Shown piece by piece: positions 52,660-64,000 of a stretch of DNA of 64,000 nucleotides. The translations under genes were made by a program, and so were the position numbers. Position 1 is the first letter of the stretch. Every line of letters starts with the position of its first letter. The stretch comes from Eledone cirrhosa. Lineage: Eukaryota. The notes beneath the pieces are model-generated. The model saw nothing but the letters and a program-made list of their open reading frames with translations, did not search any database and had not been told where the DNA came from. The stretch is from contig OZ024741.1 of NCBI GenBank assembly GCA_964016885.1, positions 159,340,001 through 159,404,000 of the forward strand, given 5' to 3'.

Positions 52660-53000
52660 TTTCAAGAATGTCTTGCTAATATGGTTCCATGTGTTTTGTT
52701 AATTCAAATAGTTATAGTATATTTACTAGTGGACAGATAATTGTGAAAATTTGCAGTATTAGTATTAGTAAAAGATTGTAAACTTTAATGTAATGTAGTA
52801 ATAGTGTTGTTTTGTATTTTTCAAGAATGTCTTGCTAATATGGTTTAATGTGGCTTGTTAATTCAAATATTTATAGTATCTTTACTAATGGACAGATTGT
52901 TGTTAAAATTGGTAGTATTAGATTAAACTCTTTAATATATAATGTGATGTAGTCACAATGCTGTTGTGTACTCTTCAAGAATGTCTTGCTAATATAGTTT
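52660..53000. repeat. Tandem repeat of about 155 bp, related to 30040-30180
   Basis: ttcaagaatgtcttgctaatat occurs three times. Confidence 0.8.
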
Positions 53001-53825
53001 CATGTTTTACAGGACATTAAGAGATAACTGGGTAAAATCTGATTGTAATCTCTCCTGAACATTTTTGACAAGACATAGTGTATCTTTGAATATATATATA
53101 TACACACATGCATGCACACAAACACATACACACATTGACTCAGGCATACACATATACAGACTCACATACATACACAGACACACACATACATATGCACATG
53201 CATATAAATGCATTATCTCTCTCTCTCATGCACATACACACACATACGCATACAATATAATCAGTACAGCAATGGCTGTGTGATTAAGAAGTCCATGTTC
53301 CATTCTGCTGCTTGATGCCTTCTACTGTAACTACTGATTGTTCAGTTACTTAGGAGTTAATTTCATTGGCAGAAACTGAGAAAGGCTATCATCATCATAT
53401 GTCAATTTTTCCATGCTGGCAAGAGTGGTAGGGGTCACTCTAGACAAAATCAGTATTTAATTAGAGCCACTGTCCTCCCAGATGAACCAGGGGCCACATC
53501 TCTCTTAAATATGTTCCATTTTTGACATGGATATGCATTTCCTAACACTGCTGTATGAATGCCATGATAAAATGTACTCGGTCCACATTGTAAAGAAGTA
53601 GTGCTAGTGTCACGATAAAAGGCACCCACTTCACACTATAAAGTGGTGCTGCTGGTCTCATGATAAAATGCACCCAGCCCATGCTGTAATGTGGCAGTGC
53701 TGGTGCTATGATAAAATATATTAAATATGTGTTTATTTATATACTCATTGGCGCAGTCTCAATTACCTACTTGGTATATATATACAGATATGATTTACCA
53801 TACACTTCAGCTGCTAGCACACTTC

Positions 53826-54054
53826 TTAACCCTTTAACATTTACATTACTCTATATATACTGTTGTATTTTCACGGTAAACACTTTGTCTTACATAATTA
53901 TTGCACATAATATCAAATCTATGCGATTTTGATATTATTCATTTTGAGATCAATACCTTAACATAAGTATGAGTGGCTGCTTACAGCTTGTTTGAATAGA
54001 AAGAAGTGAGAGAATTCTGGCCGGATATGGCCGGTTTAAATGCTAAAGGGTTAA
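53826..54054 (-). mobile_element. M1 MITE inserted in a hammerhead-family element
   Basis: TTAA on both sides; the empty site is visible at about 23970-24000. Confidence 0.9.
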
Positions 54055-54406
54055 TATATATCTTAATTAATTATTCACACAAGAACTAATTATATGCAGA
54101 TTAGTATGTCCATTTCAGAATAATATTAAAAGTGAATAGGTATATAAGCCCATCGAATATGTTTTCTTGTAGTTATTTCAATGATATACATGATATACAT
54201 GTCTTCTGATGAGGGTCCAATTAGGTTCAAAAATGAATTAAATGTGTTTATCATTGTCGGGTGATTTGCTCGATGACAAAACAGTTGCAAAAAAAAACTG
54301 GTCAGAGTGTACACATCAGTTAATATTAGCTAGACAAACGTAGGCTTAGATATATAGATATAAAAGGCATAAGAAAAGCGAGAAGGCAAGCAATACCTTT
54401 TCTAAA

Positions 54407-54501
54407 GCCTATACAGATCTGTTTCAAGCCAAGAGATAATGCAGATTGTCATTATTAGATAAAAGCTATATATGTAAGATGTTTGGTTCTCCTCAGTAAG
54501 C
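54407..54501 (-). ncRNA. Type I hammerhead ribozyme, extended stem II
   Basis: Reverse complement gctta-CTGAGGA-gaaccaa...ttggctt-GAAA-cagatctg-TA-taggc; palindromic stem III. Confidence 0.85.
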
Positions 54502-54620
54502 AACATCTTGGTAGAGTGTTGGACAACATCTATTGCGACATAGTGACGGCCCATTACGTTCTGAGTTCAAATCCCTTACGGAGTCAATAAAATAAAGTAC
54601 CAGTCACACACTGCGATCAA

Positions 54621-54670
<50 letters not shown>

Positions 54671-54893
54671 TATACACAAGGATTTCACATAGATAATAAT
54701 ATAAAGAATACTTCAGAATGTAGAAAGTTTGGCTGGTTTACATTGATTGTATTCACAATTGTTTAGGCTATTGTGTGTGTGTGTGTGTGTTTGTGTGTAT
54801 GTATGTGTAATGTTTGTGTGTATGTGTATGTGTGTATATGAGTGCATGTGTGTGTATATGTGTGTATTTATTTACTACAACTACTACCACCAT

Positions 54894-54926
<33 letters not shown>

Positions 54927-55024
54927 ATAACTATCAGTACTACCACTGTCTATTGGTTTTATGTAAATATGTTTATTGGAGCATTACTGTATATATCAAT
55001 ATGTCTATCTATGTAAAAATGTAT

Positions 55025-55720
55025 AACTTAGTGGTTAGGATGTTCTGGTCATGAGCTTATGGTCATGAGTTCAATTCCTGGTGAAGACACTATTTATTAT
55101 GTTGCTCCAGTCAACTCAGCTGGAACAAATTAGTTGCAACTGTAATTCAAAGGGCCAGGCTTGTCATACACTGTGTCATGCTGAATCTTCTTGAGAATCA
55201 CTTTAACCCTTTACCATTTACATTACTCTGGATTGGCAGTATCGGTAGAGGGTCAGACACCATGCTTTCCAGCATAGTTACGTCCCTTTACGATCTGAGT
55301 TCAAATCTCGCCGAGGTTGACTTTGCCTTTCATCCTTACGGGGTCGATAAAATAAAGTACCAGTAATGCACTGGGATAATTGATGGCCTTGTGCCAAAAG
55401 TAGAAACAATTACTCTATAAATACTATTGTATTTTCATGGTAAAGGCTTTACCTCACATAATATCTCAAATAATATCGAATCTAAGAGATTTTGAAAGTA
55501 TTTATTTTGAGAACAATACCTTAACATCAGTTTGAGCAACCAGTTCCAGCCAGTTTCAACAGAAAGAAGTAGAGAATTCTGGCCGGTTTGAACATTAAAG
55601 GGTTAAGGGTACACATGTGTGTGGAATACTCAACCACTTGCACATTAATTTCATGAGCAGCTGTTTTGTAGATCACATCAACTGAAACACCCATCACTGT
55701 AACTTACGAAGCGCCAACAC
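55025..55720 (+). mobile_element. Triple nest: tRNA-SINE > M1 MITE (55203-55606) > S1 SINE (55229-55412)
   Basis: TTAA-bounded MITE splits the SINE; S1 splits the MITE with a repeated ttactct. Confidence 0.8.
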
Positions 55721-56332
55721 ATGTCAATCTGTATCTTTTTTTTTTCTTTCTATATGTATGTGTTTGTGTGTTTTGTGTATTTACGTGTGTGCGTGTGGAT
55801 GTGTGCCTGTGTATGCATATGTATGTGTGTGTATGTGTATGTACATGTGTGTGTGTGCATTTATGTGCAGCCCGTCACCAAGCTTTGCTGTTCAGGGTGA
55901 GAGAGTGACTTCAGAACATTCTAAGTGGTGATTCTAATTCACAGTAATTCTAAGGTGGGGTTTCAGAATAAACATATCATTAAATCTGAGGGTATATTAT
56001 TGAAAAGTATGTGGGAGGGGGCATCCAGTTCCACTCCCTCAGTGGCTGATCCATGTGTGTGTCTGTTTATCTGGGTGTGTGTGTCTGTCTGTCCCTCATG
56101 CATCTTCACACTGATAGCATTTAAGCAAGCAGTGACATTTGTTTATGTTCTACATAAGCAATATGTTCCACAGCTTAGCAGATTGAGTACACTATACTTA
56201 GAGATAAATTATGGGTTGACAATAGAAAGAGTATCTGGTCATAGAAAAAAAATTACCCCCAAAAATGTTTTGTCCAATGCATGCTTGCATTGAAAGATGG
56301 ACAGAAAAATGACAATGATGGTGACATATATG

Positions 56333-56374
<42 letters not shown>

Positions 56375-56974
56375 TATATTTATCAACCTCGAAAGGATGA
56401 AAGGTAAAGTTGACCTTGGTGGGATTTGAACTCAGAGAGCCAGAGTGAATATCCTAAAGCATTCTATCTGTAGTTTTAATGACTCTACCAATACCATCAT
56501 ATAAATTGAAGTACATATTGAATAATGTAGTCCTAGATATACAATAAAAAAATAAAGATAGGATGGTCATAGCTGGAATGTCCTTTAATAATTTGCTCAA
56601 TCAGCTTTGTTTTGGAGCTAAATATCAACAACATGGATTTTGACAGAAAGACTTGTTTTTAACTTTTTATTTATTTATATTATTTTTTTAATTGTTATTT
56701 TACTTTTCCATTTTATTAATTTTAAGGCTTCCATAAAGATTTTACTTATTCACCATCATTATCATCAATTTTACGTCGACTTTTCCATGCTGGCAGGAGT
56801 TGGATGCTCTTTTTGAAGCAATGTTTTACTGCCTGCCCTTCCCAAAACCAACTCTTTTAGTCTCTTCTTACAATATGCAGGGAGATGGAGTACATATTAT
56901 AAACCGGATACACATTAATTCCATTATAAATCTGATTGTAAATATGAATTTCAATGAGCAAAAATAAAACCCGT

Positions 56975-57200
56975 TGTGACAAAAAGCATCCAGCCCACAT
57001 TGTAAAGTGGTCGTGTAGGTGTCACGACAAAAAGCACCCAGCACACACTGTAAAGTGGTCGTGTAGGTGTCACAACAAAAAGCACCCAGCACACACTGTA
57101 AAGTGGTCGTGTAGGTGTCACGACAAAAAGCACCCAGCCAACACTGTAAAGTGGTCGTGTAGGTATTATGGCAAAAAACACCCAGCACATACTGTAAATG
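56975..57200 (+). repeat. 48-bp minisatellite (about 4.5 units) inside a SINE-like element
   Basis: Unit gacaaaaagcacccagcacacactgtaaagtggtcgtgtaggtgtcac, followed by the RTE-like tail. Confidence 0.95.
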
Positions 57201-58039
57201 TGGTTGGCATTAAGAAAGGCATCCAGCTGTAGAAACCAAGCCAGAAACAGTTCTGTGTGAGCAAGACAAGGTCACTTGACCCAACTTGATCAAATGAGAC
57301 AACTCGTCTAACCCATGCACATATAAAGACTCACATACAAACAAACATTACACACACCGACACATGCACACAAACATATATGCCCACACATAAATTCATT
57401 CTCTTTCTCTCTCTCACACATACTGCTACAGGTTTACATAAAAACAAAACAAAATATGTTGATATATTCCTGATGTGAATATGCTAATTAGAGGTTTCTG
57501 TACTACAACACACCTGGTACCTTGATTGGTATCAATGGCTTTGAAAGAATAGAGTGATTGATATATGTCAGAGCTTCAACAGGGAATATTACACCCAAAC
57601 CTGAATGGTTGCATTCTTCATAATGACATTATTTGATGATTTATATACGTACATATATGCACACATGTGTATATATATGTATGCATGAATGTATGTATCT
57701 ATGTATGTATGCATGCATGTACGTATGTATGTATGTGTGTATGTGTTTATATATATATATATACACACTCATACATATATTTCATATTGCTCCAGTCCAC
57801 TCAGCTGGCAAAAATGAGTTGTACCTGTAATTCGAAGGGCCAACCTTGTCACATACTGTGTCATGCTGAATCTCGCTCAGAACTATGTTAAGGGTATGTG
57901 TGTTTGTGGAATGCTCAGCCACTTGCACATTCATTTCATGTGCAGGCTGTTCTGTTGTTTGTATCAACTGGAACACTCGTCGTCATAACCAACGGAGTGC
58001 CACTAAATATATGTATGTGTGTGTGTGTGCTGGGTGTAT

Positions 58040-59050
58040 CTATCTGCTTCACACCCTCTTACACCCTAAATGTAAAAGCTAACTTAGGCGAGGAATTCCT
58101 ACAATTAATACATATTTCTTATGATGGCACAGATATAGTAAGATCTTCAGCAGACACTCCTTTAAGATCAGTTATTTATGAAATCGATGATAACTATATA
58201 CATCCAGAGAAGAACCAGTATGCTCTTGCAGGATAAAAGATGAATGCTCTCTGAAACAGGTTTGTAACACTAAGTCCACAATACATTAGGCTGAAGTTAC
58301 ACCTGAGAACAGACAAACTGTGGACAGAAAACGATATGTTTGTATGGTACACATTTACATTAGCATTTACATTACTCTATATATACTATTATATGTTCAT
58401 GGTAGAGGCTTTATTTTACATAATTATAGAATCTATGAGATTTTGATGTTATTTATTTTGAGAACAATACCTTAACATCAGTATGAGCTGCCAGTTATGA
58501 CCAGTTTGAACAGAAAGGGGTGAGAGAATTCTGGCCGGATATCACTGGTTTAAATGCTAAAGGGTTAAGCAAAGCTTTTACACGCATGTCTCATCCTCTG
58601 AAAACAACTATGGCTCTATCAAAACATGTGTGAAAATTGAAGGACAGGGGTTTTCCCAGGGAATAGAATAGAGAATTCTAGAAAAGACTGATCCATACGC
58701 CAATAGATCAAAGAAATGTGTGCTTTGTACCAGCAAAAAAATACAGGATACTCCAGCTCTTAAAATCTTCAAATATAAGAATGAGGTTTTCAGGAGCTGC
58801 TTGCATCTCAAAAGGTACTTGTTCTCTTTATGGAAGCATCATCCCCAGACATACAGTGTACATAGCTAGAAGTACAAAACCCACCTTAAAAATTAGCCTA
58901 CATGCTCATACGCTCCTCAAAATAGTATTATTTTCACACCTTCTTCTCTCTCAAAATGTCACCCTTATAAGTACCCTGCCATATTCAAGAACAACAAGAT
59001 AAAACCCTCTCTTACTGCACATAATACTTACTTTCTCCAACTTATCTCCA
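58040..59050 (+). mobile_element. Penelope-like element 3' region (linker and GIY-YIG C-terminus), split by an M1 MITE at about 58355-58568
   Basis: FTPSYTLNVKANLGEEFLQLI; ALSKHV*KLKD..IE*RILEKTDPYANRSKKCVLC..K...NEVFRSCLHLKRYLFS. Confidence 0.8.
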
Positions 59051-59107
59051 TTTCTCCTTTTACACACTCGATTTAATTATAGGTCCTAGGCTTGAACATT
59101 TTTTTCA

Positions 59108-59262
<155 letters not shown>

Positions 59263-59269
59263 CAGTATA

Positions 59270-60072
59270 TTAGTGTGAATCATAATGTTGTTAGAGAAAT
59301 GTTTGCTCAAAATGACACTGGTGCACTTAGCATCATTGAAGGTCAAAAGAAAGAGGCCTAGCAATGCTACAATGAGAGGCTGATGAATTTGGCGAATGAG
59401 TGGGAGAGAGAAACTGTCAACTGCCCAGAAATTGACAGTTATAGGGTCAAAGAAGCAATCAAGGAGATGAGTTATAAAGCTGCTGAACCATTAGAAATAG
59501 TCACTGTGATGCTGAAAACATCTGGGGAAGTAGGAGATGAACTAATCATCTGCATAGTCAATTAGGCAATACAGAACAGGATAATATCCAATGACTGGTG
59601 TAGCAGGCAGCGTACTCATTAATTGCTCCAAAGAAAAAAGTGATGCAGCTACAGAGGCTTAAAAGTATTGAACTAAGTTATGAAAGTGACATAAAGAATT
59701 CTAGCACAGCTAATTAGGGAAAGAGTCAAATTATATGGGATGCAGCTAGGTTTTGTGCCTGGGAGAAGTACTACAGGTGCCCTCTTCTTAGTGAGGCAAC
59801 TACAAGAGAAATTCTTAGCCAAGAATAAGCTGCTATATTTAGCTTTTGTTGATCTAGAGAAGGTCTTTGATAGAGTACCATAATCTGTCATCCGGTGGTT
59901 CTTAAGGAAATTAGGTTTAGAAGAATGGCTTGTGAGAGAAGTGCAAGTCATGTCCAGAGGAGCTGTCAGTAAAGTGAGTGTAGGAAGTGAGTTTAGTGAG
60001 GAATTCAAGGGATAGGTAGGAGTTTATCAGGGCTACATCTTCAGCCCACGTCTGTTTATTTTAGTTCTCCAG
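59270..60072 (+). mobile_element. Decayed RTE LINE RT fragment
   Basis: QLGFVPGRSTT.ALFLVRQLQEK...LAFVDLEKVFDRVP...VGVYQG..SP.LF. Confidence 0.9.
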
Positions 60073-60152
60073 TTCAATAGATAAGCAATATTAATGTGCA
60101 TGAATAAAAAAGCATAGACCTGCCCAACCCATACAATGATGAGGATATGAAT

Positions 60153-60198
<46 letters not shown>

Positions 60199-60597
60199 CA
60201 TAAATGAAAATTGGATGACATTTGATATTTTCACATTGATATAGCAGAACAATGAAATGTAAGACATGTCTGTATGCATACACACATACAAACATGCACA
60301 CACACAAACACGCACATGTACATGTTGACACACATACAAATGCTCACACATATACACACACATGCATGTTAAAATACCATGAAATACATATATAACCACA
60401 CACACATAAATATAAATTTATAAGCATTTGGTATTTGACATAATCATGAAAAAAATGTATAAATTAATTTCCATATTAATAGCTATATGACTGTATATGT
60501 AAATGATATTCCACTTATACCCACACATACAGGCAGACAGACACAAAACACACACAAATCTGGTTATTCTAAAAGGTTTTTACCTTTGTTTTCTTTC

Positions 60598-60823
60598 TTA
60601 ACCCCTTTGTATTTAAACTGGCCACAACCGGCCATAACCAGCCAGAATTCTCTCACCTCTTTCTGTTCAAACCAGCCGTAACTAACCACTCATGCGGAAG
60701 TTAAGGTATTGTTCTCAAAATAAATAACATCAAAATCTCATAGATTCGATATTATGTGAGGTAAAGCCTTTACCACAAATATACAATAGTATATATAGAG
60801 TAATGTAAATGCTAAAGGGTGAA
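60598..60823 (+). mobile_element. M1 MITE
   Basis: TTAACCC...AAAGGGTGAA; internal match to M1. Confidence 0.85.
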
Positions 60824-60982
60824 TGGAGAGATTTCAGTGATGCTGAGGTGAGGATAAGGGATAGGTGGTGGGGGAATATCCATTGGTTTCAAGCATGAGT
60901 GTCCCAGTTGTTTGATCACCAGGACAGCTTGCTCATAAAATTAACATGTAATGGACTGAGAGTTCCACAGACATGTGTACCT

Positions 60983-61203
60983 TTAACCTTTTAGGATTTA
61001 AACCAGCCGTATCCGGCCAAAATTCTCTTACCTCTTTCTGTTCATACCGCCTGTAACTGGCCATTCATACTGATGTTATGGTATTGTTCTAAATAATATC
61101 AAAATCTTATAGATTTGATATTATGTGAGATAATTTGTGAGGTAAAACCTTACCGTGAAAATACAATAGTGAATATAGAGTAATGTAAATGATAAAGGGT
61201 TAA
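60983..61203 (+). mobile_element. M1 MITE inserted in a SINE
   Basis: TTAACCTTTTAG...AAAGGGTTAA. Confidence 0.85.
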
Positions 61204-62439
61204 TGTCATTTCTACGCAATTCAGTATAACAGTGTGAGACATGGCTGGTCCTTTGAATTACAGGTACAGTCTACCTGATGGGCTTCCATCTATCAAGTTT
61301 CACTCACAAGGTGTAGGTCAACCTGAGGCTGTGGTAAATGACACTTGTCCAAGATGCCATGCAGTAGGATCGAACTCAGGACCTAATGATTGCAAAGCAA
61401 ACTTCTAAGCCATTCAGCTATATACAGCATCTACCGAGAGGTGGGGTGGGGTGGGGTTGGAGTCATTGAAGAGAAAATTCCAACCATTGATGACATACAT
61501 GGGTCATACTTACATGGGACATTTAGATTAGAGGAGAGAACAAGGATAGATAAAGGACAACTGGTAATTTTTGTAGTTGACTGTCCAGTTGTTTGGGTGG
61601 ATAGGTGTGTGTGAGAGAGAGAGAGTAATATATATATATATGGAATGACTTTTCAGCTGTGTCAAAGACATAACAACCTCATGTTGGCGATCTACACAAT
61701 AAACACACCAAGTACACTTTGTAAAGTAGTTGATGATAGGAAGGGCACCCAGCCATAGAAAGTATGTGAAATAAAGGGTTGGGAGAATTTTTTAGCTGTT
61801 TCAAAGACATGACAAACTCCTTAGTGCTGGTGTCATGATAAAATGCACCTAGTACACTTGTTAGAATGCAGGAATGTATGTAAGTGAGATGCCCCCACCT
61901 ACCCACCCACCGCCATCTGAGAGGTCAGTCGCTCCAATTAATTGCTAACTTAATGTCCAACTGTTGTGTTGCTTGTAGGGAAAGCAGATATTAAATGATG
62001 ATGCTCAAGGTTGATGGAAGCTATGGAGTAGGAAGACCTCCTACTACCAACCTCCTCTATAAAGTGATCTTCCTGGGATCCACGACAAAAGTCTAGCCCA
62101 CACTATATTGGTCATGTAGGTGTCACAACAAAAAGTGCCCAGTCCATACTGTAAAGTAGTCATGTAGGTATCACGACAAAAACACCCAGTTCATTCGGGA
62201 AAGTGGTCGTGTAGGTGTCACAATAAAAAACACCCAATACATACTAATGTCACACATGTTTTAGGAAGGGCATCCAGCTGTAGAAACAATGCCAAAATTG
62301 GTCCAATGTGAGCAAGACATGATTATCTGATCTGGCTTGACTCACATCCGGACAACACATCTAACCCATGATAGTATGGAAAAATAGATGTTTAAACGGT
62401 ATTGATGATGATGATGATGATGATGATGGTGGTGATATA

Positions 62440-62482
62440 TGATGATCCTGCAAGTGTGCAGATGAAACTCAGGACTAACAAG
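62440..62482 (+). ncRNA. Hammerhead remnant (5' stem I lost)
   Basis: TGATGA-tc ctgca agtg tgcag at-GAAA-ctcaggac-TA. Confidence 0.4.
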
Positions 62483-62660
62483 ACTTATTACTCAGTCATA
62501 ATGAAGGAATATTTAAACTCTACTTCAGTATTGAGTACTCTTTTCTCCCGTCCATCAATTACATACTGATATACAACCCCAGCTACTTGTAAATGGATGA
62601 GCACTCTAGATGTTTGGAGAACCTCTGACTTGTACAATGGAGAGACATCTGATCACACAT

Positions 62661-62694
<34 letters not shown>

Positions 62695-62833
62695 ATATAT
62701 ATATATATATATATCATCATCATCATCATCACCGTTTTACGTCCGTTCTTCCATGCTAGCATGGGTTAGACGGGTTGTCCTGTTGTGGGCAGTGTCTGGT
62801 CGGCTGACCATGCCTTGCTCATACAGGAACTGA

Positions 62834-62873
<40 letters not shown>

Positions 62874-62876
<3 letters not shown>

Positions 62877-63168
62877 AGGCATATGGCTTAGCGGTTAGAG
62901 CATTGGCCTTGCAATCGAAAGGTTGTGTTGTTTCCTTGAGCAAGACACTTTATTTCACATTGCTCCAGTTTACTCAGCTGTAGAAATAAGATGATAGGGA
63001 CTGGGGTCCCTATCATTCCACTGCAAAGTGGTCGTGGAGGTGCCACGGCAAAAAAGCACCCAGCACTCACTGTAAATGAGGTTGGTGTTAGGAAGGGCAT
63101 CCAGCTGTAGAAATCAGTTCCCGTCCCACCCTTGCAAGCAGGGAAAAGCGGACGTAAAATGAAATGAA
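62874..63168 (+). mobile_element. SINE family S2 with internal deletions
   Basis: Matches 40399-40730. Confidence 0.9.
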
Positions 63169-63685
63169 ATATATATATATACATCCAAGAGACATCCGAT
63201 CACACACATATGTGTATGTGTGTGTATATATACATGTGATTGGATGTCTCTCAGATATATATGTATATAGAAGGGGGGGGGGGGGCGAAGAAAGCAATTT
63301 ATTGTGTGCTTGTTACTATTATGTTATGCTGTAATGTGTTTTGTCTGTCTCTCTCTCTCTCTCTCTCCGTATCTCTTTGTTTCCCCTATCCCTTCCTGCC
63401 CTCTCATCTACATAGGAACCTTAATGCCTATGTTAACCTTTAAAATTTAGGTGGCTCACTTAAAAAAATTATTTTAATGTCGCTTCTGTTTCCACTTTTT
63501 TTTTTGTTTGATTTGTTGTTGTTGCTGTTGTTATTGTTGTTAATGATGTTGTTCTGACTACTGTTGTCACATACATGCTTGTCCAGACTAAAAGGCCCCT
63601 CTCAAACCATATATAGTCTTCATTTTATCACCGGCATTATAGCCTCAAGTCTTTCACTAAATTTACTTGTGTCTTATATATATAT

Positions 63686-64000
63686 CATTTCATTTTACGT
63701 CCGCTTTTTCCCTGCTTGCAAGGGTGGGATGGGAACTGATTCTGGCTTGATTTCTACAGCTGGATACCCTTCCTAACACCAACCTCATTTACAGTGAGTG
63801 CTGGGTGCTTTTTTGCCGTGGCACCTTCACGACCACTTTGCAGTGGAATGATAGGGACCCCAGTCCCTATCATCTCATTTCTACAGCTGAGTAAACTGGA
63901 GCAATGTGAAATAAAGTGTCTTGCTCAAGGAAACAACACATCACCCGGTCTGACAATTGAACTCACAACCTTTCGATTGCAAGGCCAATGCTCTAACCAC
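63686..64000 (-). mobile_element. SINE family S2 (runs off the window end)
   Basis: Reverse complement of 40399-40730. Confidence 0.9.

Noticed and set aside
54201-54235. CTGATGA in the sibling of the 24214 element
   Set aside because: GAAA box and 3' half are missing; counted only as a remnant.
56975-57200. CRISPR-like regular repeats
   Set aside because: Contiguous tandem units without unique spacers, eukaryotic context, no cas genes.

Overview
AT-rich animal genomic DNA. The repeat content (tRNA/CORE-type SINEs with RTE-like tails, RTE/CR1/Tx1/Penelope relics, TTAA MITEs, very long TA/TATG/CA microsatellites) looks like an octopus or other coleoid cephalopod genome; this is inference from pattern, not a database result. 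I found no convincing host protein-coding gene, and most ORFs in the track are translations of microsatellites or decayed retroelements. The main hidden signal is self-cleaving RNA. At least 11 type I hammerhead ribozyme motifs (C-T/C-GA-N-GA ... GAAA ... TH with pairing stems, most with a short or self-complementary stem III) plus several decayed ones lie in short, mostly unrelated non-coding elements. These elements sit in TA microsatellites and carry direct or inverted terminal duplications, including a perfect 177-bp-arm palindrome and a perfect 189-bp inverted repeat. Several have an octamer (ATGCAAAT) about 90-120 bp upstream. The architecture fits Penelope pLTRs or non-autonomous retrozyme-like elements. 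There is also a candidate HDV-like ribozyme, two twin-priming-type LINE inversions and a tRNA-Phe pseudogene. All folds were read by eye, and boundaries of decayed repeats are approximate.
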